A stretch of 53,424 bases of DNA from a virus (taxonomy: Duplodnaviria > Caudoviricetes). Made by a program: the position numbers and the translations under genes. Positions 44,101 to 51,917 of the stretch are shown here, one piece after another. Location: positions 1-53,424 of the IMG/VR virus record IMGVR_UViG_3300006945_000001; one strand, written 5' to 3'. The notes below the pieces were generated by a model, which ran no database searches, was not told the DNA's origin, and saw nothing but the letters and a program-made list of their open reading frames with translations. Numbering within the stretch: the first letter of the stretch is position 1; each line of letters starts with the position of its first letter.

Positions 44101-44384
44101 TGGACGCTGAAGTCAAGCCGCTGCAGTCAAAAGGGGGCTTCGGCCCTAGGGACATTCACAAGAAAATGTGGGCATTCCCAATTCCTATGTACGAAGAACA
44201 GTCCGCCTGCCACAGGGAGTTGGCCCGTCTTGGCGACGAATGCAGCAAATTGGCCGGGAGTTTCGTCGCGAGTCTTTCTGCAAATGTTCGGGAGGGCAAC
44301 CTAGGTCGGCTGCGGAGTCTGGTGCGGGAAAAGTTGCAGCCGCAAATCGCCGAGATTGACAAGCTGGTTTCCAAAATCCTTTAG
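41124..44384 (+). CDS. Type IIG-like fused restriction-modification enzyme (nuclease, N6-adenine MTase, TRD)
   Basis: GRVDAL...IIEFKR nuclease, LGEYYTP, VLDPACGSGTFL, VIGNPPW; start uncertain (41115/41124). Confidence 0.9.
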   Translation: MPTNQGQRTKKSKLWEKPTRVPSVQLERKTHAIRAYVGHLSQRPDLSEYARGVAFVQLLKDLLIDADPQFLQDYLGGMEHSLAGPKTALYNRGRVDALYGNLIIEFKRSLSKSLPEAEEQIKKYLALLYCNAEERARPFIGMATDGIQFVTYAPRLNPDVAQPTPGDIQLVEIEKANFESLTPEEAFYWLDRYFVRKTGLLAPRTDSIVKDFGPTSGSFVHAMNVLDGVWKHVADDTESQVFYESWQKYLRITYGGPVAERELFLRHTYLATLAKIMVWIRLTGATEPPREPELRSILNGHYFGQRGIQNFLEEDFFAWVARDAAWLHTQVLGRRLVLQLATYNLRELSEDVMKGLYEKLVDPKDRHDLGEYYTPDWLAAMIVRECLRRNPQASVLDPACGSGTFLYQTILYKREHLGHSAKTLKHIEENVVGIDIHPLAVIVAKTIYLLGLGDLLEKRGKAIRIPVYLADSVRPPQEKLRKKRAAQQGDFEFPSPLYVVPLDGDAAEFPEDLALTGELYDRAIELCAQYAASTAKHAMPSEQELANYLRQNEPALIQNAVWRASLYELFRVLRTKIRERKDTIWAFILKNVFKPLLMRERFDVVIGNPPWLSYRYVEKGEYQEFLKGEITKHYGLLTGRPELLTHMELGTLFFVRSADFYLRAGGRIGFVLPKSIFVADQHHALRQGTHAARLRLTQVWNLEGVRPLFNVPAAVAFGEKSSGETEWPLQGRVLTGELAGKNVPLEEAAQKLFEQATQYWLSIKGTRSYFSEKKEKAVTQGSPYGEKFAEGATIVPRSYWFVEVQKSSGLGVDPARPYVKTDPRAMEAAKEKYRDVCLEGNVEAEFLYQTLLSTDLVPFGHLPFRTVVLPVRWRGDRYEMLTAKQARQEGFLGLAEWLEKCEAIWREKRGDKATRETIYDWLDYRKKLTQQRRKRYTVVYPASATYLCAAVVENSESEMRLRRFLAESKLYYFDTDELDEAHLLTAVLNSGVLDAEVKPLQSKGGFGPRDIHKKMWAFPIPMYEEQSACHRELARLGDECSKLAGSFVASLSANVREGNLGRLRSLVREKLQPQIAEIDKLVSKIL

Positions 44385-44410
44385 GCCTCCGGTTTTAGCG
44401 GGAAGAGGCA

Positions 44411-45574
44411 ATGGGTCGAAACGTAAAGATTCCGGTCAGCCCCCAGGTACTGAAATGGGCGCGGGAAACCTCGGGCGCGACCGTTGAGGATGCCGCCAAA
44501 CGAGTCAAGGTGCCTGCTCTCACTTTCGCAAGGTGGGAGAACCAGGGGACTACACTCAGTCTCACACAGGCGAGGGCCTTGGCGGCTTATTTCAAGAGGC
44601 CGCTGGCCGCGTTCTTGTTACCCGAACCGCCCCCTGAGCGGCCCCTGCCGCGAGACTTTCGCACCTTACCCAATCGCCAGGGCCAGCTTGAACGTGAAAC
44701 GCGCCTAGCCCTCAGGAAGGCACGCCGTCTGCAAACAGTCGCTCGGGAACTCATGCAGTCCTTGGAGCGGGAAACCACTCCTCCATTTGCGGGCGTAAAG
44801 CCTTCGGACGACCCCGCAACTGTGGCGGGCCGAGAAAGGGATCGATTGGGGGTAAGCCTTGACCAGCAGCAAGATTGGCAAGACGAGTGGGAAGCCTTCC
44901 GCGAATGGCGCGCCGCTATCGAACGGCAGAACATCCTGACCCTTCAGTTCCCCATGTCGGTTGACGATGTGCGCGGGTTTTCCTTAGGCGACGAGGAACC
45001 ATATGTAATCACCGTGAGTTCATCGGATGCGGTTCGTGCGCGCATTTTCACGCTGTTCCACGAATACGGCCATCTGCTTCTTCACAGTGCAGGTATCTGC
45101 GCCCCAAGGTTCGAGGCCAGCAGTCAGAGACAAGAGCTTCAGATCGAGCAATGGTGCAACCGCTTTGCTGGCGAGTTTCTTGTTCCGAGGTTGGCACTAC
45201 AGTCCTTATCGTTAGGGCGAGTTCCGCTCGAAGGCCAATCCCTCGCCGACGCACTTTCAGAGGGAGCTAGGAGGTTCAAAGTCAGCGAAGCGGTCATGCT
45301 GTTCAGGTTGCTGCACGCCGGCCTGGTTTCGAGAGCTAGATTCAGGGAGACACTTGCGGATATCCAAGCAAGAGACCATCGAGCTAGGCGCAAAGGCGGC
45401 CCAATCCGCCCTGCAAGAAAGTGTCTCGCCGAAAATGGCGTCCTCTTTTCCTCTTTGGTTTTGGAAGCGAGAAACCGGGGCGTCATCACCTACGCCGACG
45501 TGAGCGACTTTCTGAGTGTGCGCCTGAAGCACTTGCCGGAGATCGAATCGTCTTTGATGGCACGCGCAGCATGA
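44411..45574 (+). CDS. XRE-HTH plus ImmA/IrrE zinc metallopeptidase
   Basis: LKWARE...ARWENQ HTH, PRDFR, FTLFHEYGH, EQWCNRFAGEFLVP. Confidence 0.93.
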   Translation: MGRNVKIPVSPQVLKWARETSGATVEDAAKRVKVPALTFARWENQGTTLSLTQARALAAYFKRPLAAFLLPEPPPERPLPRDFRTLPNRQGQLERETRLALRKARRLQTVARELMQSLERETTPPFAGVKPSDDPATVAGRERDRLGVSLDQQQDWQDEWEAFREWRAAIERQNILTLQFPMSVDDVRGFSLGDEEPYVITVSSSDAVRARIFTLFHEYGHLLLHSAGICAPRFEASSQRQELQIEQWCNRFAGEFLVPRLALQSLSLGRVPLEGQSLADALSEGARRFKVSEAVMLFRLLHAGLVSRARFRETLADIQARDHRARRKGGPIRPARKCLAENGVLFSSLVLEARNRGVITYADVSDFLSVRLKHLPEIESSLMARAA

Positions 45575-45581
45575 GAACTTC

Positions 45582-46070
45582 ATGGCCGATGACGTATATT
45601 GCATCGACGCGAGTTCGCTGATTAAGTTGAGGCAGGATTTTCGGCGGAGCGTTTTCCCGACGCTGTGGGACAAAGTTGAGAAACTGATTCAGGGAGGCAG
45701 ATTGGTCGCGGCCAATGAAGTGTTAGAGGAAATCAAGAAGGACGACGTCCTTGGACCGTGGGCCAAAAAGAACAAGAAGATGTTTCGAAAGCTGGACCAG
45801 AAGCAAGTGGAGCTGGCGGCTGAGGTTGCGGGCAAGTTCCGAGAGCTGGCAAAGCCAGGGCGCTTTGGACCAGCGGCAGATACATTCGTCGTTGCACTTG
45901 GGAGTGCGCAAGACCAAGCTCTGTCTGGCTCGCTTCTTTCGTCGCCGTCTCGATGCCTGGTGGTAACCGAAGAACGCGGCCCAAACAAAATTCCCGGCGC
46001 GTGCAAACACTACGGCGTGATCTGCGTGAGCCTTGTAGACGTGTTTGAGCGCGAGGGTTGGAAATTCTAG
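45582..46070 (+). CDS. PIN-domain protein (DUF4411-like), putative toxin
   Basis: YCIDASSLI, FPTLW, EVLEEI, ADTFVVA, VVTEE, KIPGAC; 7 nt after the IrrE-like gene. Confidence 0.9.
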   Translation: MADDVYCIDASSLIKLRQDFRRSVFPTLWDKVEKLIQGGRLVAANEVLEEIKKDDVLGPWAKKNKKMFRKLDQKQVELAAEVAGKFRELAKPGRFGPAADTFVVALGSAQDQALSGSLLSSPSRCLVVTEERGPNKIPGACKHYGVICVSLVDVFEREGWKF

Positions 46071-46117
46071 GGTGCCGGTTGAAGCGGTGACCGGGACCTC
46101 TTGGAGCAGGAGGCACC

Positions 46118-47422
46118 ATGCCAAAGATAGGTGAAATCCCTCGAAGCGGCCATGAAAAACTCGACCTGCCGGGCCTGCCTTGGCTTCAAGAAGCTTTACA
46201 CGGCGGCCTCGTGCGAGGCGGAGTTTATCTGCTTGCCGGTGAGCCGGGCATCGGGAAGACAACCTTGGCGGTTCAAATCCTGGCCGATTTGTCGAAGCGT
46301 GGCATTCCCTCCCTGTACCTCACGAACGAGCAAAGTTTGAACGACATTGTGGGAGTAGTGGACAGAGTTACCAGCCATCTGCCGCCGCAAGAGGCTTCTG
46401 CCGTCAAAGACAATCTATTCTGCGACGATGCAGTGGCCGAAGTGAAAGACCTCCCTGATTTCCTTGCCCGGCGTGTGCTTTCGGAGGGGCAGGAATACCA
46501 CGGCAGCCGCATCATGGTTTTCGATTCCATCCAAGGTCGAGGGCTCGCGGCCACCGCGACCCAACAGTACCGTTCGCTTTATCGCTTCAACGATCTGGCG
46601 AAGAACGCGGGCTTATGCAGCCTTCTGATTGGGCACATCACGAAGCGCGGCCAGATCGCTGGTCCCAAAGACTTGGAGCACAACATTGATGCGGTCATTT
46701 ACTTGCGCCGGGCGTTCCGGCTGCGTCCGCTGTTCGTGCCCAAAAATCGGTTCGGGCCAGCGTTGTTCGATCCACTCGTCCTTACGATGGACGACCACGG
46801 GCGACTTTCAAAGGCCCCTCACACCACGGCCCAGAGCAGCACGGTCTTCGGCTGGTCAGGAATCGGGGAGCGGCTGACGGAGGCGCAGGCGACGGTCAGT
46901 CTGCCGCGCTACGGCTCCAGCCCCGAGCTTAACGCGCCCAACCTGCCGCGTGCTCGCGTCAAACAGCTCATGAATACTATCAGCCAGCTGAAAGACGTGG
47001 ACGTTACGAATCTTTCGTACAACATCAACTGCTACCTGCCGGGACGGGAACGGTATGCCGAGGAGCTAGACCTCCCGATTGCAATCGCCCTGTTGAGTTC
47101 CTATCTGCAGCACCCCGTCCCATCAGGCAGCTTGTTTGTTGGTGAGCTAGACCTTACTTCACGCATTCGCCCACCCGAACCTCAGTACCTGGCTGAATTG
47201 GCTCAGGTTCTCGTGCGGAACCATCTGGGCACGATCCAGCATGTCTATCTGGCCGCTGACTTGCAGCGCGACATGGAACAACATCTGGCCGAGCAGATCA
47301 AAGCTGCCCGAGAAGAAGGCATTGCCGTCCCCCAAGGGAACCACAGCATCCAAGTGCACGGTGTGCGGAATCTGTCTGAGTTGCTCAATCTGCTCTGGTC
47401 GGACATCGGCGTGACCACCTGA
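46118..47422 (+). CDS. RadA/Sms-like ATPase lacking the N-terminal zinc finger
   Basis: GEPGIGKT, FDSIQ, GHITKRGQIAGPKDLEH, KNRFG, Lon-like C-terminal domain (DLPIAIALLSS, GELDL). Confidence 0.88.
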   Translation: MPKIGEIPRSGHEKLDLPGLPWLQEALHGGLVRGGVYLLAGEPGIGKTTLAVQILADLSKRGIPSLYLTNEQSLNDIVGVVDRVTSHLPPQEASAVKDNLFCDDAVAEVKDLPDFLARRVLSEGQEYHGSRIMVFDSIQGRGLAATATQQYRSLYRFNDLAKNAGLCSLLIGHITKRGQIAGPKDLEHNIDAVIYLRRAFRLRPLFVPKNRFGPALFDPLVLTMDDHGRLSKAPHTTAQSSTVFGWSGIGERLTEAQATVSLPRYGSSPELNAPNLPRARVKQLMNTISQLKDVDVTNLSYNINCYLPGRERYAEELDLPIAIALLSSYLQHPVPSGSLFVGELDLTSRIRPPEPQYLAELAQVLVRNHLGTIQHVYLAADLQRDMEQHLAEQIKAAREEGIAVPQGNHSIQVHGVRNLSELLNLLWSDIGVTT

Positions 47423-47454
47423 TGTGGGGTGCCCTCACCTGAGTATTAAAGTGG

Positions 47455-48111
47455 TCACTTCCCGTTCGGGCGGCTGAACGCTCTCCCGAACTGCTGCACG
47501 AACTCGCGGGTGAAGATGCGCACGGCAATCCTCGTGAAATCGAGCAGGGCTTTGAGGCGCGGGCGGCGCTGGAAGGCGTAGATCAGCTTGGAGACGCTGC
47601 TTTTAGCCTTTCCGCCGACGCGCTGTAGGACGCCCAAGTCTGGAATGATGAAGGTGCGCAGCTCGCCCTTCCATTGCACCTTGCCGGTTTTGGTTCTGTG
47701 GCGGCGGAAGCGGAGCTTGCGGAAGGTGAACTCCTCTTGGACAGGCTGCTTGAAGCTGGGCCGTGCGGGGCCGCCTGTGAGTGGCACGGCGACGGACTTA
47801 CCCTTGGCCGGTTCTTTTTCGCCGCCCTTCTCGAAAAAGCCGAGTAGCACGCGCTTCTTCGTGGGGTCAATCGCGACTTCGGCGAACGGGCGGCCCTTCC
47901 GCGGACTGGCAAAGGCCGTGATCTTGATAAGGCGATACAGGAAGCCGGTCTTGCGCACGGTGAACTTCCTGTCGAGGTTGACGCGCTCGGCCGTCTGGAT
48001 CTCTTTGGCCGTTTCGTTGAGGGCCTGCGCAGTGCTGAAGGCCAGCCGCTTGGCTTCTCGGTGTGTCCGTGCCTTGAGGGCTTTCGCGTCGATCTGGGCT
48101 TTGATCTGCAC
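47455..48111 (-). CDS. Basic phage protein, gpZ-like minor tail/neck protein
   Basis: AQALNETAK motif, very Lys/Arg-rich; last core gene before the island. Confidence 0.55.
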   Translation of the reverse strand: MQIKAQIDAKALKARTHREAKRLAFSTAQALNETAKEIQTAERVNLDRKFTVRKTGFLYRLIKITAFASPRKGRPFAEVAIDPTKKRVLLGFFEKGGEKEPAKGKSVAVPLTGGPARPSFKQPVQEEFTFRKLRFRRHRTKTGKVQWKGELRTFIIPDLGVLQRVGGKAKSSVSKLIYAFQRRPRLKALLDFTRIAVRIFTREFVQQFGRAFSRPNGK

Positions 48112-48115
48112 GCTT

Positions 48116-48661
48116 CTATCGCCCCGCCGTGAGTTCTTGGAAGCGCTGCAAGAAGGCTGCCTTTGCTTCAGTTGGTGACAGCGGGACGATTCTGTCGGGT
48201 AGCGGCACGCCTGTGCCGTTCAAGGCCTTCGGGAGTTTGCCGAACAGGTCGCGCTGCTCGGTTGCCAGAAGAATCTGGTCGGCCAGGCCCACGCACTCGG
48301 GCTGCATGGTGTCCAGGCCAAACCGCTGGCAGATCACGCGCATTAGTCGCTGCTCGGCGCGTCGGTAAAGCCACCCCATCAGGCCGCTCTGTTTCAGCGG
48401 GCGCGGCCAGTCGAGCAGGTAGGCTTCAGCCGCGTCGTGCAACAGCGCCCACAACTGATGCGGGGCCGGGACGATCTGGCTCACACGCACGCTGTGTTCG
48501 GCCACGCTGTAGAACTCGCGCGTGTGGCCGCTGAAGCGGCACTGGTGAGACAGCGAGTGGGCGATATCGAGGATCGAAACTTCATCGGGTCTCGGGTCCA
48601 TCGGCCAGAATATCCGCCCGGTGTAAGTTTTGAAGTGCGGCCCTCTGCGCTTAACGGCCAT
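48116..48661 (-). CDS. HD-domain phosphohydrolase (YfbR-like)
   Basis: DIAHSLSHQCRFSGH, YSVAEHS, LLHDAAEAY, AD..L.TE.RDL; start ATG 48661 after GGAGG. Confidence 0.9.
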   Translation of the reverse strand: MAVKRRGPHFKTYTGRIFWPMDPRPDEVSILDIAHSLSHQCRFSGHTREFYSVAEHSVRVSQIVPAPHQLWALLHDAAEAYLLDWPRPLKQSGLMGWLYRRAEQRLMRVICQRFGLDTMQPECVGLADQILLATEQRDLFGKLPKALNGTGVPLPDRIVPLSPTEAKAAFLQRFQELTAGR

Positions 48662-49385
48662 TGGCCGGCCCTCCTGAGTGGGATTTGCGCTCCCGCCTGT
48701 CGCGCCCGGCGAAGGCCAGCAGGGTAAAGCTGGAAAGCCGCGATGCAATGCGTTCATCCATCTGCTCTCTGATCTGCGCGAGCGTCCAATTCGTCGTCAC
48801 GATGGTCGGCAGCATTGCGTTCAGCCGCCTGTCGAGCACTTCCAAGGTGTAGCGGCGCTCGAAGTCGGTCAGCGCGCCCGCGCCCAAGTCGTCGAGCACC
48901 AGCAGGCGCGCTTTCGCGTACTCTGCGAGCACGCCTTCTTCGGTGAAGCCCTGGTCGTAGGTCTGGCGGATTGCTTGGAACAGGTCGGCGGCGCGACGGA
49001 ACATGATCGGTCTGCCGAGCTCGATGCACGCCCTGGTGATCGCAGCGGCAAGATGCGTTTTGCCCGTACCAGCCGGGCCGCACAGCAGCAGGCCGTCTCC
49101 CGGCTTGGCGAACCACGCCGTCACGCCTTCGACGATCTGAGCGGGGAAGTCGCTCAGCCGGGCCTGCCGGTACCGCTGGGGCAGCGCAGCGGCAATCTTG
49201 CGTTCTTTCTGGCAACCGCAGGGCACCGCCGCGCGATGCCCGTCGGACTCCGTCAGCTTCCAGCCCGTGTCACCGCACTCAGGGCACGTTGACGACGAGA
49301 TCGGGCTCTCGCTCATAGGTTCGCGTAGGGTCGCCGCTGTGGTATGCCCCGCCAGTTTTTCTGCGATCTCCTTTACGGCCTGCAT
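48651..49385 (-). CDS. DnaC/IstB-like AAA+ helicase loader
   Basis: CPEC...CGC zinc motif, GPAGTGKT, LLVLDDLG, TIVTTN, RIASRL. Confidence 0.92.
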   Translation of the reverse strand: MQAVKEIAEKLAGHTTAATLREPMSESPISSSTCPECGDTGWKLTESDGHRAAVPCGCQKERKIAAALPQRYRQARLSDFPAQIVEGVTAWFAKPGDGLLLCGPAGTGKTHLAAAITRACIELGRPIMFRRAADLFQAIRQTYDQGFTEEGVLAEYAKARLLVLDDLGAGALTDFERRYTLEVLDRRLNAMLPTIVTTNWTLAQIREQMDERIASRLSSFTLLAFAGRDRRERKSHSGGPANGR

Positions 49386-50112
49386 TTATGCCCTCCGTTC
49401 CCGCTTTGTCTTGCCGCTTGGCCAGCCAGGCGTTGATGAAGCGTTCGATGCCGCGCCGGGTTTTTCGCTTTTCTCTATTAGCCAGGAGCCAGCCCCGCAT
49501 GTTGCGCAGCTCCTGCATGACATCCACGGCGGGGTACAGGTGCTTCCACTCCGCGACGGCTTCAGGCAGAACCACGTGCTGGCTTCCGTCGTTCAGGGGA
49601 AGCTCAATAACTGCTGCCGGGGCTGGCGGGGACACCTGCTGCGCGGAGTGATCGGTTTTTGATCGCTCCGCGCAAGAAGGTTTTTCTGACGGTTTTGTGT
49701 GATGGTTCTCTGATGGTTCGGGTGACACAGCTATGTCACCCTTTTCGGCACTGGATGTCACCCTTTCCTGTCCTGAATGACACCCTTTTGATTCGGAAAG
49801 GGCCTTACCGATGTCACTCATTCCCGCAAAGGGTGACAATTTGACGCCCTTTTGCGGCTGCACCTGATACACGGCTGCGTTTCCTCTGCCGCCCTGCGCG
49901 TGTCTCAACAGGACGACCAGCCCTGCGGCCCTCAGCTTCTTGACGATGCGCTGCACCTGGCGCTCGCTGACTCCCGTTTTCCAGGCTATGCGACCCACGC
50001 TGGGGTAGCACACTCCGTCGTCGTCGGCGTGGTCAGCGAACGCCAGCAGCACCAGCTTCTGGTTTTGCGGCAGGTCCAACTCCCACACTGCTGACATGAC
50101 TTTGACGCTCAT
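49279..50112 (-). CDS. Phage replication initiator with N-terminal HTH
   Basis: KLVLLAFADHADDDGVCYPS..IA.KTGVSERQVQ; C-terminal YPAVDVMQEL...RFINAWL. Confidence 0.85.
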   Translation of the reverse strand: MSVKVMSAVWELDLPQNQKLVLLAFADHADDDGVCYPSVGRIAWKTGVSERQVQRIVKKLRAAGLVVLLRHAQGGRGNAAVYQVQPQKGVKLSPFAGMSDIGKALSESKGCHSGQERVTSSAEKGDIAVSPEPSENHHTKPSEKPSCAERSKTDHSAQQVSPPAPAAVIELPLNDGSQHVVLPEAVAEWKHLYPAVDVMQELRNMRGWLLANREKRKTRRGIERFINAWLAKRQDKAGTEGINAGRKGDRRKTGGAYHSGDPTRTYEREPDLVVNVP

Positions 50113-50486
50113 ATCCTTGCGCCCTTTGCCGCTTCTTCCTTTTCAAACTGAGCGATCTCTTCTGGCGTTGGCTCCCAAGCGTCGTGCCAGCCCTTGTCAT
50201 GATTCGTCCACCTGATTTGCCAGCGGCCATTTCGGAATCGGACTCTTGTTACAGGCACCACGCCATCGATCCAGTTCGCTCCGTCACGCTTGAGGAACTC
50301 CCCTAGGCAAGCTCTGCAGAACGAAGCGGGGGGATCGTCGTAGTCGCCCATGAAAATCACGGCTACAGCTATGCGTCGGCAGGGGTATGTGTGGACATGT
50401 TCATGGCCACAGTCGCACCTAACGTCTGCTTCCAGCTCATAGTTGCAAAGGATTTTCCTGTTCTTGCGTTCAAGGTCGGTTGCCAT
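50109..50486 (-). CDS. Hypothetical Cys/His-rich protein
   Basis: Overlaps both neighbours; CDCGH...C...CRAC. Confidence 0.6.
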   Translation of the reverse strand: MATDLERKNRKILCNYELEADVRCDCGHEHVHTYPCRRIAVAVIFMGDYDDPPASFCRACLGEFLKRDGANWIDGVVPVTRVRFRNGRWQIRWTNHDKGWHDAWEPTPEEIAQFEKEEAAKGARI

Positions 50487-50838
50487 GTTGAATCCCCCTC
50501 ACTGTGATTTCTGTGCGTGGGTTACTTGCGTCCCGCCGCTTGCGAAGAATCCAGTCGGTCACTGCGGCGTCGCTGTGGATCACGCCGGCGTCCAGCAAGC
50601 CGTCGGCGATCACTTTCCAGAAGTTATCGCCGTCGCCGCGTTGCCCGTGGCCCAGGTAGATCACGGCCTCAAGCTCATACCGCTTGGCTCGCACTCGGCG
50701 GCCACGGGCAAACAGCGCGACTGCTTCCTTGAAAGCCCTGCCCTCACGCGTGACGTAGTGCCGTCCGGCCCGTGTGTGCTTCCAGTAGTGGTTCACGCTG
50801 GGCGGGACCAGAGGCACGGTGATGGTCAGCGTGTTCAC
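50470..50838 (-). CDS. rusA: RusA-family Holliday junction resolvase
   Basis: PPSVNHYW, RGDGDNFWKVIADGL, GVIHSDAAV. Confidence 0.88.
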   Translation of the reverse strand: MNTLTITVPLVPPSVNHYWKHTRAGRHYVTREGRAFKEAVALFARGRRVRAKRYELEAVIYLGHGQRGDGDNFWKVIADGLLDAGVIHSDAAVTDWILRKRRDASNPRTEITVRGIQHGNRP

Positions 50839-51917
50839 TAGCGGCGAGCTTTCCCCTTGCCGCGTTCGGCCTGGGCGTCCTGGGGTTCCTCCTGGGCACC
50901 CTGAGGTGTACCCGCTTCGTCTGGCACGGCTGAGGCGGCCTGAGGCGAAACGGCGGGCATTCCTTGGGCGGCCCTGACTGCATCGAGCACGGCGCTGGTG
51001 CGGCTGCCCGTGGCCTCTTCCCGCGTGGTGCCGCGCACGGCGTCGCGCTGTTCCATGATCTCGCGCCAGTTTGTTTCGCCGTCGCGGAGCGCTTGGTACA
51101 CGGCGCGCAGATTCACCAGGTCCTTGGGCGTGAGCGTCTCCAAGCTGTCCACGCCTAGGTAATCCTTCAGGTCGGTGACGCGCACGCCGAGATCATCGAA
51201 GGCGTCGATAATTGCCTTCTTCTCGGCGTCGGGGTCTTCGGCGGCCTTGCGGCGCACGGTTGCCAGCACCGTCTCCATGCACTCGTCCACCAGATCCCCC
51301 GGCACGATGCGCAGGCCCAGCTGGCGCATGGCCTTGCTCGTGAGCGCGGCCTCTTTGTTGAGCATTTCGTCTTCGGTTGCTTCGACCAGGTACACGCGCT
51401 CGCCCCGGCTGTTGATGCGGCTCCCCTGGGGTATCTGGCCGGGCTTCAGTTGCTTCCGCTCGACGGTTTTCTCCAGCAGGATTTCCTTGCTGTAGGTCAG
51501 GTTGGCTTCGAGATCGGTGACGGTCACGCGGATGATGCGTTTCTGGCGGTCGTCGTAGAGGACAACTTGTTCAGGCATGACATTGCCCATGATTTTCAGC
51601 GCCGCTTCCACAAAGCGGATGCTCGGGCCGGTGACGGTGCCCGCGCCCACGGGCTTGCTGTAGCGTGCGACGCCGGCGAAGCTAGGCCGTTCGCATTCCT
51701 TGAGGAGCCGTTGGCGCACCACGTCCCAATCGCGCGGGTTCTTCATCGCCATGATGTAGCGGGCTTGCACTGCGGCCTTGGCCTGCTCGGCGAGAACCTG
51801 GGCGGCTGTCTCCAGTTGTGCTTGTTTTTCGATAGCACCGAAGCCTTCACTCAACACGCTGGTCGGTGATGGCGCGGGCGCGGATGCAAGTGCTGTCGTA
51901 TTAGGCAGCGTGCTCAT
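50838..51917 (-). CDS. Putative single-strand annealing/recombination protein
   Basis: Coupled to the YqaJ exonuclease; GPSIRFVEAA, SKAMRQLGLRIVPGDL; function inferred from position. Confidence 0.55.
   Translation of the reverse strand: MSTLPNTTALASAPAPSPTSVLSEGFGAIEKQAQLETAAQVLAEQAKAAVQARYIMAMKNPRDWDVVRQRLLKECERPSFAGVARYSKPVGAGTVTGPSIRFVEAALKIMGNVMPEQVVLYDDRQKRIIRVTVTDLEANLTYSKEILLEKTVERKQLKPGQIPQGSRINSRGERVYLVEATEDEMLNKEAALTSKAMRQLGLRIVPGDLVDECMETVLATVRRKAAEDPDAEKKAIIDAFDDLGVRVTDLKDYLGVDSLETLTPKDLVNLRAVYQALRDGETNWREIMEQRDAVRGTTREEATGSRTSAVLDAVRAAQGMPAVSPQAASAVPDEAGTPQGAQEEPQDAQAERGKGKARR

Noticed and set aside
41124-44384. BREX (PglX) or DISARM
   Set aside because: No BrxC/PglZ or Drm genes; the protein carries its own N-terminal nuclease motif, fitting type IIG
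48116-48661. DatZ-type dATPase of a Z-genome pathway
   Set aside because: No PurZ or phage DNA polymerase; YfbR-like HD genes are common in prophages
48651-49385. IS21 IstB transposition helper
   Set aside because: No IstA transposase or terminal repeats; it follows a phage replication initiator, so it is a DnaC-like loader
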